DNA of 52,567 nucleotides from Candidatus Uhrbacteria bacterium (GTDB taxonomy: Bacteria > Patescibacteriota > Patescibacteriia > JACQRZ01). Made by a program: the position numbers and the translations under genes. The stretch covers positions 1 to 52,567 of the forward strand of contig JACQSC010000006.1 in the NCBI GenBank assembly GCA_016206155.1. The letters are read 5' to 3'. Below are positions 47,214 to 52,567 of the stretch, piece by piece. The notes beneath the pieces are model-generated. The model saw only the letters and a program-made list of their open reading frames with translations, made no database searches and had not been told where the DNA came from. The first letter of the stretch is position 1, and every line of letters begins with the position of its first letter.

Positions 47214-47540
47214 CTAAATAGTAACACCGCCAACCTGGGCAAAAAGCATCCGCTTGGCGCTGACAACCTCCTCCTCATAAAGCTTTGCAAGGTTGGGAAT
47301 GTTCGTTTTTATAAAATCAATGGCTTCGGCTGATTCTTCGCCCTTTTCCGTGACAATTTCTTGAAATTTTTGCAAATTATCTGCGCTCAAAAGTTTTAAA
47401 ATTCTCAGTTGAACAGCTTTCTGAACCATGGTTGCGACTTTTTGCAACAGCTGCGCTTTCTTGTCATCAGAAAGTCCCTGAAGGTTAAGGGCGGTAATAA
47501 TGTTGGCCTCAAGTACCTGGGTATCAGTTAATGTAGGCAT
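47214..47540 (-). CDS. Small helical CPR-type protein (DUF5663-like), paralog of 22047-22397
   Basis: NIITALNLQGLSDDKKAQLL...RILKLL...IPN...EEE. Upstream TG-C-TATAAT box. Confidence 0.7.
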   Translation of the reverse strand: MPTLTDTQVLEANIITALNLQGLSDDKKAQLLQKVATMVQKAVQLRILKLLSADNLQKFQEIVTEKGEESAEAIDFIKTNIPNLAKLYEEEVVSAKRMLFAQVGGVTI

Positions 47541-47686
47541 ATTACGATCTATATTTTAAGACTCATAGAATCATTATAGCACGAAATCGCGCGTGTCACA
47601 AGGGGTTGGAATGTCCAATTTCATCCCCTTCCAATGTTACCTTATATGTGGTATAATACTTTATATAATAATAGAGATCAAAACCT

Positions 47687-49084
47687 ATGCGAAGAACCGA
47701 ACATATGGCACCTCGCCATGAACAGGAAGACGCGCCAGAGGCAAGACAAGCCACTCCTCAGGAATTAAAGGAGCGCGGGTGGACAGAAAGTGTTCTAAAA
47801 GAAGCTGCAAAACTTCTTGAGTCTGTTGCGAATCGAGGGTGGTTTTCACTGAACATTCCTCGCGCCGCAAGCGATCAACAGGGACAATTAAAGGTTGATT
47901 TGGACGATACCGTTCCGGCAATCGTTGCGTTGCCAAAAAAGGAGCAGTCACGCCTCAAGGAGATAGCCGCTGTTGTTGCGGCTGGAGGAATTACCATCGC
48001 TGCGGCAGGAGGGGTACTCTCTGCGGGAGGGGCTGGTGCGGAAGAATATCGCGAAATCACAACCGAAGCAGGAACGCATACCTATAATTCAGGAGAAAAT
48101 GTTGTGAGCTATAAAGTCACAGTCAATGGAAAGAGCGCGGACATTAAGCCGGCACCAGGATTCTCAAAGGTCATCACAACCGAGGGAACGGGCGATGCAG
48201 CGCGGAAGGTATACGTCTATCGCGCTCTTGAGCCAGTGCCAAGACCATTTACTATTGACGTACCCGCCGGTCAGAGCGCTGAGGTTATCATTGAAACCGA
48301 AACGCAAAAAACAAACGCAATAAATATTACTGGTGGAAAGGGAGAGCTTCAGGTTCATACTACCGAAGGAACTCCGATCCCTGAAAATCTTAACGGCGTA
48401 CTGGCGCTTGAAACTAGTCTTATTTCCACAAAGACAACAAAGGGGGCTGATGCAAGAGAATACAGTATGCCTCTCACCCTTCAACTCCTAGCAAACCGTC
48501 CCGACAAAACAACAGGGGCTGCGCTTGGTTTGTCAGTTGGCGCAGCTATAACTGACAACAAGATGGGAAAGCTAAGTGCTCAGGTGGGCCAGGCGCGATC
48601 AATCATGCAGGGCTTCAAGGTCCTTCCCGGACAAGAGACTGTCTTTTTGCTTTCATGGGATAAGCCGACTGGCACCTTTGGCGCTCATGACCCGTTGAGA
48701 ACAAACGCCTATTTCCTTTCTGCGTATGGAGCAAGCGGGAAAGCAGAGGGCGGATTTACGGCCGATCTTCGGGTGACCGACATACCAAAAAGCACTGCCG
48801 ATACAGAGGTGTTTCTTGGTCTTGGCTTTTCTGCCCGCGGAATGACTCAAACCGGATCAGAGCATCGTATTTTAGACTTCCCGAGAGTAGTGGTTCAATT
48901 TCCTGAATCTCAAGGCGCGCATATGGCATTGGTTGGAGCGCTGGAATCGGATATTGATACTGGTGCGACCGCAGGTCGTGTGGGACTGGAAATACGACCA
49001 TCCATAGCCGGACAAAAAAAGCCATCACGCGCACAAGAAGCGCCGGGCCTGAAACCGAATCCAACAAAACAAACAAAAGAATAA
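47687..49084 (+). CDS. Hypothetical protein with an internal hydrophobic segment and a beta-rich C-terminal region
   Basis: 465-aa ORF with TG-G-TATAAT upstream at ~47649-47657. Confidence 0.7.
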   Translation: MRRTEHMAPRHEQEDAPEARQATPQELKERGWTESVLKEAAKLLESVANRGWFSLNIPRAASDQQGQLKVDLDDTVPAIVALPKKEQSRLKEIAAVVAAGGITIAAAGGVLSAGGAGAEEYREITTEAGTHTYNSGENVVSYKVTVNGKSADIKPAPGFSKVITTEGTGDAARKVYVYRALEPVPRPFTIDVPAGQSAEVIIETETQKTNAINITGGKGELQVHTTEGTPIPENLNGVLALETSLISTKTTKGADAREYSMPLTLQLLANRPDKTTGAALGLSVGAAITDNKMGKLSAQVGQARSIMQGFKVLPGQETVFLLSWDKPTGTFGAHDPLRTNAYFLSAYGASGKAEGGFTADLRVTDIPKSTADTEVFLGLGFSARGMTQTGSEHRILDFPRVVVQFPESQGAHMALVGALESDIDTGATAGRVGLEIRPSIAGQKKPSRAQEAPGLKPNPTKQTKE

Positions 49085-49109
49085 TAATCACCGAATTTCT
49101 CAAACCCCA

Positions 49110-49170
49110 TTCACCTGACGCGCAGTCCGCCCTCGCGATCGCGCCGAAGCTTCGCGAAGGCGGACGGAGC
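49110..49170. repeat. REP-like GC-rich palindromic element, copy A
   Basis: TTCACCTGACGCGCAGTCCGCC...GGCGGACGG, related to 49703-49763. Confidence 0.8.
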
Positions 49171-49180
49171 GATAATGTAC

Positions 49181-49426
49181 CTATTTCGGATGCGCGCAAA
49201 TATCGAGAAGAATATAGGTGTCGTTCTCAATCAAAAAATAGAACCGATAATCCCGATCTACACGCGCCTGCCATACATCTTTTCCTTCATTGTATTTCTT
49301 TGCCCGCAAGGATGGATGGCGCAGATCATTGAGAAGATAGCCAACTTGCTTGTAGAACTTATTCTTGATCGTTTTACCGCACCGCTTCAGCGCTCGCTTG
49401 AACTCTGGTGAATACACTACATTCAT
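49181..49426 (-). CDS. RelE/ParE-like toxin
   Basis: YSPEFKRAL...HPSLRAKK...WQARVDRDYRFYF...HPK. Confidence 0.82.
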   Translation of the reverse strand: MNVVYSPEFKRALKRCGKTIKNKFYKQVGYLLNDLRHPSLRAKKYNEGKDVWQARVDRDYRFYFLIENDTYILLDICAHPK

Positions 49427-49650
49427 TGCTCCAGAGATTTTTTAAGTTCCACAACCGATCGAAACGGACCTTTTGTTTTCCCCTTGCGGTAACTCCGAAT
49501 AGCGCCCTCAAGTCGCCGATCAAGTTCCTCGTAAAAATTTTTGTATTTTTTATGGACGCGCAGAAGATCCTCATACTCCTCTTGTGGAATGAGGATAAGA
49601 TTTCCCATCTGAGCCAACTTTTTCGGAATGGTTAATGTAGCAGTTTCCAT
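49423..49650 (-). CDS. Putative antitoxin
   Basis: LILIPQEEYE...AIRSYRKGKTKGPFRSVVEL with ATGA coupling to the toxin. TATAGT lies 7 nt before ATG 49650. Confidence 0.72.
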   Translation of the reverse strand: METATLTIPKKLAQMGNLILIPQEEYEDLLRVHKKYKNFYEELDRRLEGAIRSYRKGKTKGPFRSVVELKKSLEQ

Positions 49651-49686
49651 ATCTTCCACTATAGCGTAGCGAAAATGACGCCCATG

Positions 49687-50196
49687 TCAATAGGATTTGA
49701 GCTTCACCTGTCGCGCCGTCCGCCTTCGCGAAGCTTCTGCGCGATCGCGACGGCGGACGGCGCTCACAAGCCAGGAGCTGGATTGGACCTTACCGCCGTT
49801 GCCGACGTTCCAGACCATTTTGATGCCGAGCTTTTTGCAAAGAGCAACTTCCGGCGTATTTGTGGTCATCCGATCGCCGCCATTTACAAAGATACCTGGC
49901 TTCAGCTTTTTCAGGGCTTCACACACGCTCATGTCGGTCGTGCCTTTTTTGTGATTGGTAATAATAACGCGATCGACACCTTTGATATTTTCAATAATCT
50001 CTTTGCGCTGCTCCTGCGGCATGAAGACATAGCCCTTTTTCATGCGGAGCCAATTGTCATTGTTAATAATGACAACAAGCTCGTCGCCCAGCGCGCGCGC
50101 TTCGGCAATCATGCGCACATGACCGATGTGAATTGGGTCAAATCCCCCGCTGATTGCAGCCACGATTTTTTTATTTTTCGATAACGCCTTTTTCAT
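49687..50196 (-). CDS. HIGH-motif cytidylyl/adenylyltransferase (RibL/TagD-like)
   Basis: SGGFDPIHIGH, NNDNWL, NGGDR, KVQSSS. The C-terminal tail is encoded by the palindromic repeat. Confidence 0.88.
   Translation of the reverse strand: MKKALSKNKKIVAAISGGFDPIHIGHVRMIAEARALGDELVVIINNDNWLRMKKGYVFMPQEQRKEIIENIKGVDRVIITNHKKGTTDMSVCEALKKLKPGIFVNGGDRMTTNTPEVALCKKLGIKMVWNVGNGGKVQSSSWLVSAVRRRDRAEASRRRTARQVKLKSY
49703..49763. repeat. REP-like GC-rich palindromic element, copy B
   Basis: 49716-49758 is the reverse complement of 49125-49167 with 2 mismatches. Confidence 0.8.
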
Positions 50197-50267
50197 AGAT
50201 TGACCAATGGGTTACAAGTAGTAGGATAAGTATAGCATCCTTTGAAGCAAGGTGAAAGGAGGAGTCA

Positions 50268-50516
50268 ATGCTCAAGGCATTGACAAGGCGCCTTATGAAA
50301 AGGGTAGTATATAGTGTGGACGTTGAGGTCGAGCTCGACTTCGATGTCCAGAGACGTCGGATCCAAGTCGTCCCCCATGTGATTGAGGCATACTCCAAGG
50401 AGGATGCGTGCGAGCGGGCTCTCATCATAGAGAAATCCCGCTTCCACGAGCCGCGGCTCGTCGGCGAACCGCGAGTCATTACGGTTCGCAAAGTCGAGTT
50501 TCGGAAAGGATGGTGA
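50268..50516 (+). CDS. Small hypothetical protein
   Basis: Strong AAGGAGGAG Shine-Dalgarno just upstream of the ATG; fills an intergenic gap. Confidence 0.55.
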   Translation: MLKALTRRLMKRVVYSVDVEVELDFDVQRRRIQVVPHVIEAYSKEDACERALIIEKSRFHEPRLVGEPRVITVRKVEFRKGW

Positions 50517-50626
50517 GGATTGCCACTTTTTTGTTCCGCTCTGCTGGTCGGTCCTTCATGGATCCGTCCGGCAGAGCGTTTGTTTTTCCGGTACATGATC
50601 ATTGCACAAATGTGAGGATCGTCACA

Positions 50627-51163
50627 TTAGTGCAATATGGAACGCAGGGCATTCCGTTGCCGCGCGTATGTATCGGTACCTTTGATAACAATGGTTGGCT
50701 CGCTGGACGTCGGTTCTTGAATCTCTTTTTTTACCCGAAGAAAATCTTTGAGAGGTATTGGCGGATGATAATCCTGGCACACTTTTCGCGTACACCGCTT
50801 GCGCGTTCCCAAACGCTTTCGCGCCACTGATTCGGGTGTCTGAAATCGTAACAAAAAAAACGCGGCGTTGTGTCTCTTTGCCATCTCCATCATTCGCTCG
50901 CGATATTCGCGCAGTTTCGGGTTCGCGTCGTAGATAACGCTGATGCCATTTTTGAGCGCTTCTTCCGTAATTGCATCCATGACCGCAAATACGAGGTCAT
51001 GCTCGTGTTGATTTCGCTCCGGTTTTTTGAACATGCTTTTTCGAATCCGATCGCTGTTGAGATGCAAGACATGAAATTCTTTAGAAAATTTGCGCGAAAA
51101 AAACGTCTTCCCGGATCCGGGATATCCCAATGTTGCAAAAAGGATGGGTCTGTCCGTATTCAT
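50627..51163 (-). CDS. AAA_33-type P-loop kinase
   Basis: GYPGSGKT, SDRIRK, VIYDAN. Confidence 0.85.
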   Translation of the reverse strand: MNTDRPILFATLGYPGSGKTFFSRKFSKEFHVLHLNSDRIRKSMFKKPERNQHEHDLVFAVMDAITEEALKNGISVIYDANPKLREYRERMMEMAKRHNAAFFLLRFQTPESVARKRLGTRKRCTRKVCQDYHPPIPLKDFLRVKKEIQEPTSSEPTIVIKGTDTYARQRNALRSILH

Positions 51164-51164
51164 A

Positions 51165-51917
51165 CTACTCTAAAATTGCATGATACACTTTTTCGAACAC
51201 GCGGGCAAATTCTTTTGGATGATCAGAAAGGTACGGTAAGATGCTATGGTCAGAACCATGAACGATAGTGAGCTCCTTATGCCGTGCCTGCCCCGCGGAT
51301 GCAAGAAGGCGGTCTATGAGCTCACAGGGAACCACATCATCGTTCCGGGCGCCAACAATAAGTAACGACCCATGAAAACGAGAGAGGATATCAAAACTTT
51401 CCGAGTCCTCCCAACTTTGCGGCTGGCGAATAATACGGGTAAAATCCTCATTAAAGTGTGCTGTAAAAGCCGCCCGCGCGTACACGCCCGGAACAAAGAG
51501 AATAAGCGCGCTTGTCGGATATTTTTCCGAAAGGCGAATCGCGGTATCCGCACCCATACTTGCGCCAATGATCGCAAGCGGCGCCTGATGGGTCGTTGTG
51601 TCAATCACGGCGCACGCCTGACCAAGCCGTGCCTTTAGTGAGAAGAAAATGGGGTCAGGCACAAATTCGCTGGGCGAAATTGAGCCAGACCCCATTTTCA
51701 AACTGCTCGTGCTCATATCCCCGCCCGTCTGCCCTGCGCCAATAAAATCAAAAGCAAATGATGCGATTCCGATCTTGGCGAGATGATGGCGGAGCATATC
51801 AAAACGCGCAGATCCATCATCTGATGCACCGTGGATACATACGACCCGCGGATCCACAACTCCCATGGTTGTCCCGCGTAGGATTGTGCCGTGGTACGGT
51901 ACTTCGATATGTCTCAT
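51165..51917 (-). CDS. Alpha/beta hydrolase
   Basis: IHGA, FDFIGAG, GASMG, NDDVVP, GSDH catalytic triad motifs. Start set at MRHIE (ATGA overlap). Confidence 0.88.
   Translation of the reverse strand: MRHIEVPYHGTILRGTTMGVVDPRVVCIHGASDDGSARFDMLRHHLAKIGIASFAFDFIGAGQTGGDMSTSSLKMGSGSISPSEFVPDPIFFSLKARLGQACAVIDTTTHQAPLAIIGASMGADTAIRLSEKYPTSALILFVPGVYARAAFTAHFNEDFTRIIRQPQSWEDSESFDILSRFHGSLLIVGARNDDVVPCELIDRLLASAGQARHKELTIVHGSDHSILPYLSDHPKEFARVFEKVYHAILE
51645..51699. repeat. Palindromic element inserted in frame in the hydrolase
   Basis: GAAAATGGGGTC-A-GGC-A-CAA-A-TTCGC tgg GCGAA-A-TTG-A-GCC-A-GACCCCATTTTC. Encodes KMGSGSISPSEFVPDPIF. Confidence 0.85.
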
Positions 51918-52501
51918 ACTTTTTTTGATCGTGGACGATCGGTACAAAATATTCGCAACAAACCTGCATCTGAACTGTCAAAGCGCGCAAGCCGAATAGT
52001 AAAACGTCCATGAGATACCACGCGTCCATCCTGCGCCTCAACCGCAATTGCGGTACAGCGATGTGTTCCATCAAGAATCGCGATGCAATCAGGAAAGTGG
52101 AATCCGATAATTGTCGTGTCGTCAACGCATCCAATCAGTGACTTTACCTTGTCGTTTGTCCGAACGTCGATACGCTTGTCCCCATCATACGATCGATCCC
52201 CTGTTTCTGGAGGAATTGCAATATCGCTAAACAATGCGATATCCTTTTCTGCCGGACGATACTTTTTCCATCCATTCCATCCGCCGATTGAATAGTGCGG
52301 GATCTCTGTATGCGGATGCTCAATCTCGTATTCAAACCATTCGCGACCCTCAAGACGAAGATCGCCGATCATCATCTGCCGCCAAGCATCCCACGATTCC
52401 CAACCAAAGCCAGAATACACCGGCCGCCAGAGCTCTTCTTCTGCCCGCCGCCATCCATCAAATACTCCGTTCCACGATAGTTGTTTGCCGCGTTCGTTCA
52501 T
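51914..52501 (-). CDS. Trp-rich hypothetical protein with a ParB/Srx-like ILDGTHR motif
   Basis: ILDGTHRCTA motif and a GAGGGA RBS-like sequence before ATG 52501. Confidence 0.6.
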   Translation of the reverse strand: MNERGKQLSWNGVFDGWRRAEEELWRPVYSGFGWESWDAWRQMMIGDLRLEGREWFEYEIEHPHTEIPHYSIGGWNGWKKYRPAEKDIALFSDIAIPPETGDRSYDGDKRIDVRTNDKVKSLIGCVDDTTIIGFHFPDCIAILDGTHRCTAIAVEAQDGRVVSHGRFTIRLARFDSSDAGLLRIFCTDRPRSKKV

Positions 52502-52567
52502 TATTCCCTCTCTATTACTCAATTTAATTCAAAAATCATTCCGTGCGCCTTTTTCACCGTTTTTCAA

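Noticed and set aside
1-52567. CRISPR array, tRNA or rRNA genes
   Set aside because: No regularly spaced repeat-spacer series, cas gene, cloverleaf or rRNA signature was seen.
1-52567. Alternative genetic code (TGA=Gly)
   Set aside because: TGA ends conserved genes at their expected C-termini (rpmJ, integrase SPL), and ORFs are full length under code 11.

Overview
A compact bacterial chromosome segment using genetic code 11, most consistent with Patescibacteria/CPR (Parcubacteria-like). Supporting signs are an MNFEQP-type N-terminus, DUF5663-like proteins, Cys-rich paralogs, VirB4/TraG-like ATPases, truncated AlaRS/TruB/RpoA and few Shine-Dalgarno sites. The backbone carries fmt, truB, glycosyltransferases and a flippase, the infA-rpmJ-rpsM-rpsK-rpsD-rpoA-rplQ-rplM-rpsI cluster, alaS, mnmA, tdk, secD/secF and three toxin-antitoxin modules. 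The most notable region is 1-7370, which looks like a non-canonical integron. It has an IntI-like tyrosine recombinase that appears to lack the IntI-specific insertion, a divergent attI-like site (6432-6460) and an attC-like site (283-409). The R'' box of the attC is exactly complementary to the crossover heptamer at attI. Together these define one ~6.15 kb cassette carrying type III R-M, a membrane-anchored LexA-like regulator with a palindromic operator, and a proteasome-like Ntn hydrolase. The cassette ends are ~76-bp inverted repeats with structure-conserved mini-hairpins, and a second cassette runs off the left edge. Also present are a two-copy 134-bp MITE, strand-polarised heptamer tracts at gene junctions, in-frame palindromic insertions in mnmA and a hydrolase, a candidate sRNA and a SecD-parvulin fusion. 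All calls come from reading motifs by eye; no database searches were run.
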